From Acidimicrobiales bacterium (GTDB taxonomy: Bacteria > Actinomycetota > Acidimicrobiia > Acidimicrobiales > SZUA-35), in contig OZ245048.1 of assembly GCA_965224435.1 (NCBI GenBank), positions 1,724,511-1,788,510 on the forward strand: a DNA stretch of 64,000 nt, in the 5' to 3' direction. This document shows, one piece after another, positions 43,686 to 53,125 of the stretch. The notes below the pieces were generated by a model. It saw only the letters and a program-made list of their open reading frames with translations. It had not been told where the DNA came from and did no database searches. Numbering within the stretch: position 1 is the stretch's first letter; each line of letters begins with the position of its first letter. The position numbers were made by a program, and so were the translations under genes.

Positions 43686-44759
43686 ATGAAGACAGTCATT
43701 ATCACCGGATCAGGCGGCCTCATTGGCGCTCAAGCAGTGCGGTTTTTTGCACCATTGGCGGACAAGGTCATCGGTGTCGACAATGACATGCGGGCCTATT
43801 TCTTTGGCGCTGAGGCCTCAACTGACTGGGCGGTTGCGGAGCACAAGTCATCGCTTGCCAACTACGAGCATCGTTCGCTTGATATCAGAGACCGTCGGGC
43901 AACACTTGATTTGTTGGCCGAGCACAGCTCGGACATCGAGCTGATCATCCATACCGCTGCTCAGCCGTCACATGACTGGGCAGCCAATGAGCCCTTCACT
44001 GACTTCGATGTCAATGCTGGTGGCACCTTGAACCTTTTGGAAGCCGCTCGACAGTCCTGTCCGAAGGCGACCTTCATCTTTACCTCGACCAACAAGGTCT
44101 ATGGCGATACACCTAACCGACTGCCCCTAATTGAGCTGGACACCCGGTGGACGCTGGACCCAAGTCATGAATGGGCCGAGTTCGGATTCCCCGAAGAAAT
44201 GTCGATTGACAACTCGACACATAGCCTCTTTGGTGCTTCCAAGGTTGCCGCTGACGTCATGGTGCAAGAGTATGGGCGCTACTTTGACATGAACACCGGC
44301 GTATTCCGAGGTGGTTGCCTGACGGGCCCTGGCCACTCAGGCGCCCAGTTGCACGGTTTCTTGGCCTACCTCATGAAGTGCACCACAACGGGCGATCCGT
44401 ACACCGTGTTTGGCTACAAGGGCAAGCAGGTTCGCGACAACATCCACGCCGATGACCTGGTGCGAGCCTTTGAGGCCTTCCACAAGGCTCCGCGTGCGGG
44501 TGAGGCCTACAACATTGGTGGCGGCCCCGAAGCCAACTGCTCAATGATGGAAGCGATCGAGCTTTGTCAGACGATTGCTGGAAAAGAGCTTGATCACTCC
44601 TACGCCGAGGACAACCGCATTGGGGATCACATCTGGTGGGTTTCCGACATCCGAAAGTTCAAGGACCACTTCCCTGAGTGGAAGCTGAACTATGACATCA
44701 CCGGCATCCTGCAGGACATCCATGACAATGGTGTTGAACGCTGGTCCGCCTGTGACTGA
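43686..44759 (+). CDS. NAD-dependent SDR epimerase, CDP-paratose 2-epimerase-like
   Basis: Contains '[14 protein letters not shown]', '[15 protein letters not shown]', 'TSTNKVYGD', '[14 protein letters not shown]', '[15 protein letters not shown]' and 'YNIGGG'. These parallel my recollection of Salmonella RfbE (tyvelose epimerase). SD 'ggaga' precedes ATG 43686. Confidence 0.75.
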   Translation: MKTVIITGSGGLIGAQAVRFFAPLADKVIGVDNDMRAYFFGAEASTDWAVAEHKSSLANYEHRSLDIRDRRATLDLLAEHSSDIELIIHTAAQPSHDWAANEPFTDFDVNAGGTLNLLEAARQSCPKATFIFTSTNKVYGDTPNRLPLIELDTRWTLDPSHEWAEFGFPEEMSIDNSTHSLFGASKVAADVMVQEYGRYFDMNTGVFRGGCLTGPGHSGAQLHGFLAYLMKCTTTGDPYTVFGYKGKQVRDNIHADDLVRAFEAFHKAPRAGEAYNIGGGPEANCSMMEAIELCQTIAGKELDHSYAEDNRIGDHIWWVSDIRKFKDHFPEWKLNYDITGILQDIHDNGVERWSACD

Positions 44760-45516
44760 TCGATATGGCGAGAAGGTGGACATTTTCGGGGTTGGCTACA
44801 CGATCACTGACTATGTGGATGCCACCGAACGCATCATGGTGGCAGCGCGACAGAACCAGTCCTACGCGGTCTCCGCGCTGGCGGTGCACGGCTTGATGGA
44901 GGCCGTGAACGATGATTCGTTTATGGCTCAGGTACGAACGATTGATCTGATCACCCCTGATGGGCAACCTGTTCGCTGGGCCATGAATGCGCTTCATAAG
45001 GCCGATCTGGATGAGCGGGTCTATGGCCCTGATCTGACCTGGTACGTAATTGAGGCTGCGGCCAAGGAGGGAGTCAAGATCTTTCTCTTCGGCTCGACGG
45101 AGGAGACCTGTGACGCCTTCGCTGACGCGATTCGGGAGCGTTGCCCTGGGGCCCTCGTTGAATACCAATCTGACCGTTTCCGCGAGCCGACTCCGGAAGA
45201 GGATCGGGCTGATGTCGATCGAATCAATGACTTCGGCGCTGGAGTTGTCCTGGTTGGGCGTGGCTGTCCTCGTCAAGAAAAGTGGGTCGCCGACCATCGA
45301 GGCAGAGTCAATGCGGCGATGCTGGCCGTTGGCGCCGCCTTTGATTATGGCGCCGGGTCCCTGGAGCCGCCGCCAGCGTGGATGCAGCGCTATGGCTTGC
45401 AGTGGCTGTTTCGACTCAAGCAAGAGCCTGGACGGCTGTGGAAACGCTACCTGTTCACGAACTCGCAGTTTGTCTTCAACTTCGGCAAAGCCTTCGTGAA
45501 GACTCGGCGTCGCTAG
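44752..45516 (+). CDS. WecB/TagA/CpsF-family glycosyltransferase (GT26)
   Basis: Contains '[13 protein letters not shown]', '[12 protein letters not shown]' and '[43 protein letters not shown]'. The start is uncertain (GTG 44752, or ATG 44722 or 44692 overlapping the upstream gene). Confidence 0.82.
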   Translation: MTDRYGEKVDIFGVGYTITDYVDATERIMVAARQNQSYAVSALAVHGLMEAVNDDSFMAQVRTIDLITPDGQPVRWAMNALHKADLDERVYGPDLTWYVIEAAAKEGVKIFLFGSTEETCDAFADAIRERCPGALVEYQSDRFREPTPEEDRADVDRINDFGAGVVLVGRGCPRQEKWVADHRGRVNAAMLAVGAAFDYGAGSLEPPPAWMQRYGLQWLFRLKQEPGRLWKRYLFTNSQFVFNFGKAFVKTRRR

Positions 45517-46601
45517 ATCTCGGTTGCCACCGACTTGTTGTGAACCTGTTCTTTGTTCTGGAACTGGTCGCTCAACTTGTCAAAGAAAGCGGGCGGCCAG
45601 AGCAGGCCGGAAACAGCAAGGTTGCCGAATCCTTGGACTCGCTGCCCGCCGAGGGCGAGCGCTCCACCACGCCGGAAATGCATGCGGCTGCGGTCACGAA
45701 GATCACGTTTCGCTCGGACCCAGGCAGGAGCTTCGGCTTCGGCCTGCAGGAGGTCAGAGAGAGAAGGCTCTGGCAGATCCTGACGCCTCGCACGGTGGCA
45801 GGCTTCAACCAGTCGGACATGCTCATTCTGCAGCTTCCAATTGGAAGTTGAGACCGATCCTTGATGGATCCGGTAGCCGAAGTCCCAGTCAGGAATGGCT
45901 ATCACCGGGGCATCAAGGGCAAGCTTGGTGAAGATTCGATTGTCGACAGACTGGTTGAACTTGGCTTCGAAACCGCCACTGTCGCGGAGGAGATCCGTAC
46001 GGATTACGGCCCCTGGCCAGAGCATCTCAAAGATGCATCCCTCGTCTCGCCAACGCGTCCACTCCGAGACGGAGGTTGGGCCCAGGTTCTTTCTGGTGCC
46101 AATAGTCGGTTGTGCTGCGTCGCCAGCAATGCGGCGAGCGAAGGTCGTAACGGCTGCTGGTTCGGGATTGGTCTGGTTGAACGCGTCCAGAATCTTGTCA
46201 AACCGAGGTGCGAGGGCTACGTCGTCGTCGCCCATGAAGTTGACGAGAGGAGTCTTGACCAGTTCGAGGGCACGGTTGTGAGAAGCATCAAGGGAGACCA
46301 TTTCCGGGATGTGCTCGAAGTGCACGGGACCTTTCCATGAGCCTGCTTGCTCCATGGTCCGCTCACGGGATGAAGAAGGAGTTCCGTTGAACACGATCGT
46401 GAGAGGAGCGCCCTCCGGAGTGGTGTGTAGCAGGCTCTCCAAGCAGGCGCCAAGATACTCAGGCCGATTGACGGTGCAGATGTTGACCGTCAGATCTTCG
46501 ATTGTGTAACCACCCATATCGCGTGTCCGTTTTATTTGCCGCCGGAAGGTCCAAATACTATCCATTGCTGGATCGAAGTATCCCATTCGGCGTCTTGTCA
46601 T
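45513..46601 (-). CDS. GT2-like glycosyltransferase
   Basis: Contains 'LTVNICTVNRPEYLGACLESLL' and a DXD motif in 'FMGDDDVA'. Confidence 0.65.
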   Translation of the reverse strand: MTRRRMGYFDPAMDSIWTFRRQIKRTRDMGGYTIEDLTVNICTVNRPEYLGACLESLLHTTPEGAPLTIVFNGTPSSSRERTMEQAGSWKGPVHFEHIPEMVSLDASHNRALELVKTPLVNFMGDDDVALAPRFDKILDAFNQTNPEPAAVTTFARRIAGDAAQPTIGTRKNLGPTSVSEWTRWRDEGCIFEMLWPGAVIRTDLLRDSGGFEAKFNQSVDNRIFTKLALDAPVIAIPDWDFGYRIHQGSVSTSNWKLQNEHVRLVEACHRARRQDLPEPSLSDLLQAEAEAPAWVRAKRDLRDRSRMHFRRGGALALGGQRVQGFGNLAVSGLLWPPAFFDKLSDQFQNKEQVHNKSVATEI

Positions 46602-46633
46602 GGCCTTGTCATGACCTGATGTGATCTCAAGAG

Positions 46634-47914
46634 TTAGAGCGCTTCTGCTGTTCCTATCGGCATTCGATGGCGAGTATCAAAGACATAAGGGGCGTGAGCG
46701 GCGATGAGGTCGTAGTCAACGTCGTCATGATCGGTCACGATCACGACGGCGTCCGCGGTACCCAGGACATCAGGCGTAAGCGCGACTCGCTTGGCTGTCG
46801 AGTCGATTGCATGGGAGTCAACCCACGAATCATGCACCGAAACGCTGGCGCCAAGAGTGAGTAGCCCTTCGATGATTGGCAGTGACGGGGTTTCGCGGGC
46901 GTCATTGGAGTTCCGCTTATAAGCAAGCCCGACAACCAAAATCTTGCTTCCCTTGACAGACTTTTCCAACTCGTTCAGACCGAGCTGTACTCGCCGCACA
47001 ACCTCAGCTGGCATGCCGTTGTTGATGTCATCGGCGATCTTGACGAATCGACTAACGGTTCCAAGCTCGCGTTCAAACTGCCAGGACAGGTATGAGGGAT
47101 CGATGGGCAGGCAGTGGCCCCCGACTCCAGGTCCTGGGTAGAAAGGCATGAATCCGAACGGCTTGGTTGATGCCGCCTCGACCACGTTCCAGAAGTCGAT
47201 GCCGAGCGCCCGCGAGTTGACTGCAAGCTCGTTGACCAGAGCGATATTGACGTGGCGAAAGGTGTTTTCCAAGAGTTTCGCCAGCTCGGCTTCTCGGGTG
47301 CCGCTGGTGGCTACTGTCTGGTCGACAAGCTGGTTGTAGAAGTCTTGGATGATTTTGAGTGAGGCATCATCCAGGCCAGAGACAATCTTCGGAGTGCGAC
47401 GGAAATTCCAAGTCTCGTTGCCGGGGTCAATTCGCTCGGGCGAGAAACCTAGATGGAAATCGTCTCCGGCTCTGAGTCCAGAGACTTCTTCCAGGATTGG
47501 GGCCACGAATTCTTCAGTCGTTCCCGGATAGGTCGTTGATTCAAGGATCACCGTTGATCCAGGCCGGATGTAGGCGGCGACGGTGCGCGACGCACTCTCA
47601 ATGTAAGACATGTCCGGTGCCCCGTCTCGCAAGGGTGTCGGCACAGTGATGACGGCGATGTCAAAGTTGGCCAGATCCGCCATATTGCTGGTTGGCTTAT
47701 AGCGGCCAAGTTCCAACGCCTCAGAGATCTGCGCATCAGTGATGTCATCAATGTGAGAGATCCCGGCGATCAGGCCGTCGACCTTGTTCTGATCCAGTTC
47801 GGCGCCAACAACATCGAAGCCAGCCTCCACCGCCCGGATAGCGACGGGAAGGCCAACATATCCCTGCCCGATGATGACCACGCGCTGCGGATTCTTTGTC
47901 TTTGTTTCAGCCAT
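46634..47914 (-). CDS. nucleotide-sugar 6-dehydrogenase (UDP-glucose/GDP-mannose dehydrogenase family)
   Basis: Contains 'VVIIGQGYVGLPVAIRAVEAGFDVVG' and a catalytic Cys context 'PGPGVGGHCLPIDP', plus a C-terminal UDP-binding domain 'KILVVGLAYKRNSNDARETP'. Confidence 0.88.
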   Translation of the reverse strand: MAETKTKNPQRVVIIGQGYVGLPVAIRAVEAGFDVVGAELDQNKVDGLIAGISHIDDITDAQISEALELGRYKPTSNMADLANFDIAVITVPTPLRDGAPDMSYIESASRTVAAYIRPGSTVILESTTYPGTTEEFVAPILEEVSGLRAGDDFHLGFSPERIDPGNETWNFRRTPKIVSGLDDASLKIIQDFYNQLVDQTVATSGTREAELAKLLENTFRHVNIALVNELAVNSRALGIDFWNVVEAASTKPFGFMPFYPGPGVGGHCLPIDPSYLSWQFERELGTVSRFVKIADDINNGMPAEVVRRVQLGLNELEKSVKGSKILVVGLAYKRNSNDARETPSLPIIEGLLTLGASVSVHDSWVDSHAIDSTAKRVALTPDVLGTADAVVIVTDHDDVDYDLIAAHAPYVFDTRHRMPIGTAEAL

Positions 47915-47931
47915 GCTGACCCCATCTCTGT

Positions 47932-47952
47932 GTGAGCCGCTTTCCGGCTCAC
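47932..47952. other. 8-bp stem hairpin in the 5' region of the dehydrogenase gene
   Basis: 'GTGAGCCGctttcCGGCTCAC' lies 18-38 nt upstream of the minus-strand ATG at 47914, in a divergent intergenic region. Confidence 0.25.
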
Positions 47953-48076
47953 CCTCATCGAAATCGTCGATCAGAATAGTCTCTCATCTGTTGCCTTGGA
48001 GGTGATGGGTGAACATCCCTTCGCGATAGTGGAATCGGCCTAGGTGAGGCGTCACTGGGCTACGCTTCGCAGGATG

Positions 48077-49246
48077 TCGAAGCCCGTTCCCTCCGTGGCT
48101 TACCTCGTTCGCCACGTCCATCACTATCGAGAGCCCTTCTATTTGGGTTTATCCGAGACCATGAAGTCTCGTGGCGTTGAATTCGATCTGCTGTATGGAC
48201 AGCCGGGCACCCATGACCAGGGCAAGAATGACGCCACCACTCCCGAGTGGGCGCTGTTTCGGAAGAATCGAATACTTGACATTCGCGGCCAAGAGCTGAT
48301 CTATCAGCCCTGGTTTCGTGAACTCTTCACCCGTGACTTGGTGATTGTCGAACAGGCCAGTCGTCTACTGATCAACTATCTCCTGATTGCACGGCGAGCG
48401 TTAGGCCGTGGCCCCCGCATTGCCATGGTCGGCCACGGCTCGAACCTGGCGTCTAACCCGAGTCGGTTCGGTGAAGCATTGAAGCGAGGCTACACGGGGC
48501 GTCTTGACTGGTTTTTTGCCTATACCGATGGAGCGAAACAGCGGCTGGTTGACTCTGGCTTTCCGGCAGCTCGAATCACTGCATTCCAGAACACGCTGGA
48601 CATGTCGGCGCTGAAAGCAGATCTCGCTTCGATAACTGAGGCCGATATCAGTAAGTTTCGTGCGGAAAACAAGATGGACCGAGAGCATCTTGTGCTCAGC
48701 TTGGGTTCGCTGTACCCAGACAAGCGACCAGATCTCATGGTTGCGATCGGGGACAAGCTGAATGCGGCCAACGCTCGTAGTAATGTTTTGGTAGTCGGTA
48801 GCGGCCCGGATCAAGACATGATCGCAGGAGCAGCGAATCAGCGACCGTGGATGACCTACAAGGCGGCTGCATTTGGCCGAGAGAAGGCGCTTGCCCTTGC
48901 TGCTTCGGATGTATTGCTGGTACCCGGGGTCGCTGGGCTCGTTGTCCTGGATTCTTTCGCTGCGGGCTTGCCGCTGATGAGTGCGCACATGAAGCATCAT
49001 CCGCCCGAGACCGAGTATGTGCGACCTGACGTGAATGGCCTGATGCTGGCCGAAGGAGCGACAGCCGAAGACTTCGCTCTGGCGCTGGACGGCGTGCTCG
49101 AGTCGCCCGAACGTTTGCAAGAAATCGCCCGAGCGGCGTCGGCGTCGGGTGATGTACTCACCATTGACAATATGATCAGGAACTTCGCGGACGGAATTGG
49201 GCAGGTTCTGGGCGCCTCCGAGCTTGCGACGCTTGATGTGAGATAG
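48077..49246 (+). CDS. GT4/GT1-family glycosyltransferase
   Basis: The GT-B C-terminal motifs 'LGSLYPDKRPDL' and 'ASDVLLVPGVAGLVVLDSFAAGLPLMS' support the call. I prefer ATG 48077 (the listed ORF starts at GTG 48044). Confidence 0.7.
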   Translation, partial: SKPVPSVAYLVRHVHHYREPFYLGLSETMKSRGVEFDLLYGQPGTHDQGKNDATTPEWALFRKNRILDIRGQELIYQPWFRELFTRDLVIVEQASRLLINYLLIARRALGRGPRIAMVGHGSNLASNPSRFGEALKRGYTGRLDWFFAYTDGAKQRLVDSGFPAARITAFQNTLDMSALKADLASITEADISKFRAENKMDREHLVLSLGSLYPDKRPDLMVAIGDKLNAANARSNVLVVGSGPDQDMIAGAANQRPWMTYKAAAFGREKALALAASDVLLVPGVAGLVVLDSFAAGLPLMSAHMKHHPPETEYVRPDVNGLMLAEGATAEDFALALDGVLESPERLQEIARAASASGDVLTIDNMIRNFADGIGQVLGASELATLDVR

Positions 49247-49358
49247 GGCCGAAAAGCCTTAGGGTAAGAAACCACCTAGCCCCGAGGTTGTGGGTTATTG
49301 TGCTCGTTGGTCCGCGTTCTAGGTGGACAGTCTTCGATCGATTGGCAGTATTGCGGTA

Positions 49359-51011
49359 ATGATGTTTCAGCAGCCTTCGAATGAGGCACCCTCTCTTGAT
49401 GACTACATCAAGGCCATCACCTCCCGGAAGTGGGTCGTGTTGGCGGCAACACTGGCTGGCTTGCTGGCGGCTCTGCTCTATCAGACCTATCGCACCGATA
49501 CCTTTGAAGCCGCAGCCAGAGTGGTCGTTGGGCCATCACGTCGGCTGAGCCTGAACCCGAAACTAGCAGTTGCTCCAAACCTGGAGCGTGAGCGCGAGAT
49601 CATGCTGGGTGATGACGTGTTTGCGGCCACAGCACTCGACCTGAAGGTCGATGTCAGTGAGATCCACGAACGTATCAAGCTGGCGACCGTGCGATTCATT
49701 CCGAAGAGCGACGTCATGGCTTTGTCGGCGACCGCAGACAGCCCCGAGGGTGCATCCGAATTGGTGAACTCCATTGCTGCTTCTTATGTCTCCCTAACCG
49801 AAGCAGGCGAAGAAGAGTTCTTCCAGGTTCGTATTGATGGACTGAGGGCCAACATCAAGGAAGCCAACGAAGCCTTAGCTGTCCTGGACACCGAAATCGC
49901 TGACCTGCTGGCCCGCCGCACGATTGCGGCTGCCCTGCCTGCTGATGACACGTCCAAGGCAACCCAGATCTCTTCGATCGATGCTGAGCGGGCAACTCGC
50001 CAAACCAGCCGTCAGCAGCTGCTTGTGTCTATCCGGCTGACTGATACGGAACTGCGATCGCTTCAAGCTGAGCTCGGAACTCGCCCATCGACAGCATTGC
50101 TGTTTAGCCCAGCTCGCGTTCCAACCGTCTCCCAGGGAATGTCGGGGCCGATGCTGTCGGCCATTGGCCTGATTCTTGGCTCTGCTTTGGGTGTCGCTGC
50201 GGCCTTCTTGCTGGCCCGCCTGGACCGCCGAGCACGGGGTCAGGAAGACATCGAGGCGGCCCTGGGGCAGCGGGTCCTGGCCTCGGTGCCCAGTTTCGGA
50301 TTTGGACTCACTGATCTTCGGGGAGAAAGTGCCCTGATCATGGCCAGCGAGGCCAAGAACCCTCGGGCGATCAACGCAGCGGAGGCGTTCCGTCGCTTGC
50401 GTACCGGTGTGAGCTTTCTGGCCAAGACCGAAGACTCCAAGGTATTTCTGGTTTCCTCCGCCTTCCCGGCTGAAGGAAAGTCGACGGTGTCGGCCAACCT
50501 GGCGGTGGCCTTCGCCCAGAGCGGTCAGCGCACTGTTCTGGTGTCCGCTGACCTGAGGCGCCCCTCGCTGGAGCGGCTCTTTGGGGTTGAGGCAACGATT
50601 GGTTTGAGTGAATGGCTGGGAGGCGACGACGGTGTTGACCTCTTGGTTGAGCTTGACCAGCAGAACCTCTACTTTGTGCCTGCCGGAAAGCCAGCGGCCA
50701 ACTCGTCTGAATTGCTTGGTTCGGATCGATTCGCGCTTTTGATCGAAGAGCTGCGCTCCAAATTCGATGTTGTCCTCGTTGACACCCCACCCGTCTTGGC
50801 CACTGCTGACGCTGGCGCTGCTTCCAAGCATGTTGATGGCGTGATCATTGTGGTCGATTCACGCAAGACCGAGACGGACCAGCTGCTCCAGGTTCGCTCT
50901 GACCTAGACCGGGCCGGATCCCAACTCATTGGAGCGGTTCTCAACCGAGAGCGACAGAAACGGACGTTGCCGTGGCGCAAACGCGATCGCTACAGCTACG
51001 CGTACGTGTAG
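49359..51011 (+). CDS. polysaccharide co-polymerase with C-terminal BY-kinase domain (tyrosine autokinase)
   Basis: Has a Wzz N-terminus 'LDDYIKAITSRKWVVLAATLAGLLAAL', Walker A 'FPAEGKSTV', Walker A' 'LVSADLRRP' and Walker B 'VLVDTPPVL'. The tail is 'RDRYSYAYV'. The listed ORF starts at GTG 49323. Confidence 0.88.
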   Translation: MMFQQPSNEAPSLDDYIKAITSRKWVVLAATLAGLLAALLYQTYRTDTFEAAARVVVGPSRRLSLNPKLAVAPNLEREREIMLGDDVFAATALDLKVDVSEIHERIKLATVRFIPKSDVMALSATADSPEGASELVNSIAASYVSLTEAGEEEFFQVRIDGLRANIKEANEALAVLDTEIADLLARRTIAAALPADDTSKATQISSIDAERATRQTSRQQLLVSIRLTDTELRSLQAELGTRPSTALLFSPARVPTVSQGMSGPMLSAIGLILGSALGVAAAFLLARLDRRARGQEDIEAALGQRVLASVPSFGFGLTDLRGESALIMASEAKNPRAINAAEAFRRLRTGVSFLAKTEDSKVFLVSSAFPAEGKSTVSANLAVAFAQSGQRTVLVSADLRRPSLERLFGVEATIGLSEWLGGDDGVDLLVELDQQNLYFVPAGKPAANSSELLGSDRFALLIEELRSKFDVVLVDTPPVLATADAGAASKHVDGVIIVVDSRKTETDQLLQVRSDLDRAGSQLIGAVLNRERQKRTLPWRKRDRYSYAYV

Positions 51012-52351
51012 CGCCAGATCGGCCTTCGAATGCTGGGGGTACGCCAGCGTTGGCCGCCTCGTTGACGTGGCCTGGTCGGCTGGAACGCTTCATTGTCGGC
51101 CTAACGTTTTTCTTGTTGGCCTTCGATCTGCCGTCGGTCTGGTTTCGAAATCGAGACGACATTGCTGCTGGTGAGATCATTATTGGTGGCGACGCCAAGA
51201 CGCTGGCCCTGTTCTTAGCGCTCTATGCCTTGTCGTTCTCCCGACTGGTCAACAACGGCAACCTTGTACTTGCCATCATGCGACGTGATCGTCTGCTGAC
51301 CGCGTTCATCGGATGGATCGCAATCTCGACATTCTGGTCGGTCAGTCCTGGACAAACCGGACGACGAGTTGTGTCTCTGGTTCTGACCACGCTGTTCGCG
51401 GTATTCCTGGTTATTCGCTTTCCCTTGCGTGAGATCATGGCAATGACGTCGGCTGCTTTCGGTCTTGGAACCATCCTGAGCTACTTCTTCGTCTTTGCCA
51501 TCCCGAGCGCCGGGGTGGCTGGTTCGGGCTGGATTGGCATCTTTGACAACAAGAATTCGCTTGGGCGTCATGAGGTTCTGGCCACGGTGATTGCCTTGGT
51601 CGCTAGTTCCAGCAATCGCCGCTGGCGTGTACCTCTTTTCTTGCAGGCCGTGTTGTCGATGGGGCTGGTGGCAGGTGCGGGTTCGTCGACAGCGATCGTT
51701 GGGCTTCTTGCGATTCTCGGCAACTACACCGTCTTTCGACTCTTCCGCTCGCGCGACACCTTGTTTGGGGCCGTCGCTATTTCACTGACAGCGACTGGAG
51801 CGGCGTCGGTGTTGCTGGCCTACGGGAACCTCGACCGATTGACTGGGCTCTTCGGCAAGGACGTGTCCTTGACCGGAAGGACCGATCTTTGGGAAAGTGT
51901 CTGGCGGGCGATCGGGGAACGACCTTGGCTTGGACACGGATATGACGCCTATTGGAATGGCTTCTTCAGCCCAGCCCACGAGATATGGGTGGAATTTCAC
52001 TGGCTGCCGCCACATTCCCACAATGCGATCTTGGACTATCTCTTGGTGATTGGAATTCCCGGGGCTGGTCTGTTTCTTTTCATGTTTGGCCGAGGCCTCT
52101 ATCGCAGCACACGATTTATTCGTGAGCGTCTTGACGGAACGGGGCTGTACCCGATCATGATGCTGACCTACGCCTTTGTCTTCTCACTAACCGAGGCCGG
52201 CGTGGTTGGTCGGACAGCAAGATGGGTCCTCTTCGTTGTGGCCCTCCTGGCTGTCGCTGACTCAGAAGAATTCGGTCCGACTAGTGAGACTGACAAGGGC
52301 ATGACTGATTCGCGCGACGGAGAACTGACGAATACCCTGGCTGAGTCCTGA
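50972..52351 (+). CDS. O-antigen ligase/polymerase family (Wzy_C) membrane protein
   Basis: Contains 'LTGRTDLWESVWRAIGERPWLGHGYDAYWNG...HSHNAILDYLLVIGIPG'. It is a clear paralog of 41920..43383. The real start is probably downstream of 50972, which overlaps the kinase gene by 40 nt. Confidence 0.8.
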   Translation: MAQTRSLQLRVRVAPDRPSNAGGTPALAASLTWPGRLERFIVGLTFFLLAFDLPSVWFRNRDDIAAGEIIIGGDAKTLALFLALYALSFSRLVNNGNLVLAIMRRDRLLTAFIGWIAISTFWSVSPGQTGRRVVSLVLTTLFAVFLVIRFPLREIMAMTSAAFGLGTILSYFFVFAIPSAGVAGSGWIGIFDNKNSLGRHEVLATVIALVASSSNRRWRVPLFLQAVLSMGLVAGAGSSTAIVGLLAILGNYTVFRLFRSRDTLFGAVAISLTATGAASVLLAYGNLDRLTGLFGKDVSLTGRTDLWESVWRAIGERPWLGHGYDAYWNGFFSPAHEIWVEFHWLPPHSHNAILDYLLVIGIPGAGLFLFMFGRGLYRSTRFIRERLDGTGLYPIMMLTYAFVFSLTEAGVVGRTARWVLFVVALLAVADSEEFGPTSETDKGMTDSRDGELTNTLAES

Positions 52352-52489
52352 ATCAAGGAGATGAGGCTGTTGCCAGCGATCGCATCGGCCAAGCCTGACA
52401 AGAACCAGGCCTTCGGAGCACTTCCGGCTATTCTTTTCCCTAGGTGACTGTGGTGGCATGTACTCGTCAGACCCAGGGGACTAACAAGA

Positions 52490-53125
52490 ATGGCAAACTT
52501 GCGTTTTGCTCGAAGAATCCATGACTGGAATCGTCAGCGGAAATGGCTGCTCTTTCAGGAGCGATGCATCTCAGGCGAGAACCAGACGATTCTAGACGTT
52601 GGATTCGCCGCCGCCGCTGGCCCGGATGGTTACCAGAACACGCTCGAACATTCGATTGAAAACCTTTCGCGTGTTACAGGTTTGAGCCTGGACCCGGTTC
52701 CTGAGATCAGTCCGTTTCCGGGCATGACGATGATCCAGTACGGAGGCGGCGTTTTCCCGTTTTCCGATGGCGAGTTCGAGCTGTGTTGGTCGAACGCTGT
52801 GCTCGAGCACGTTGGCACCGACACGCAGATGATCGAGTTTCTTCGCGAAATAGCCCGAGTCGGCCGCCACAGCTTTGTGACCACTCCCAATCGGTGGTTT
52901 CCAGTAGAACCCCACACCAAGCTGCCTCTGGTCCATTTTCTACCGAAGTCGGTCTTCGACAAGATACTGAGAAAGACCGGGAAGTCCTGGGCTGCAGGTT
53001 CCTATATGGACCTGCTCGGTGAGAAGCGTTTGCGACAGTTGTTAGAAGACGCGGACATCCGTGACTACGAGATGTTCAAGAATCGTGTTGGCCCGTTCAC
53101 CATGGACTTTGTTGTCATCTTCTAA
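52490..53125 (+). CDS. class I SAM-dependent methyltransferase
   Basis: Contains 'ILDVGFAAAAG' (motif I-like) and 'CWSNAVLEHVGTDTQMIEFLREIARVGRHSFVTTPN', typical of Methyltransf_11/23-type enzymes. Confidence 0.7.
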   Translation: MANLRFARRIHDWNRQRKWLLFQERCISGENQTILDVGFAAAAGPDGYQNTLEHSIENLSRVTGLSLDPVPEISPFPGMTMIQYGGGVFPFSDGEFELCWSNAVLEHVGTDTQMIEFLREIARVGRHSFVTTPNRWFPVEPHTKLPLVHFLPKSVFDKILRKTGKSWAAGSYMDLLGEKRLRQLLEDADIRDYEMFKNRVGPFTMDFVVIF

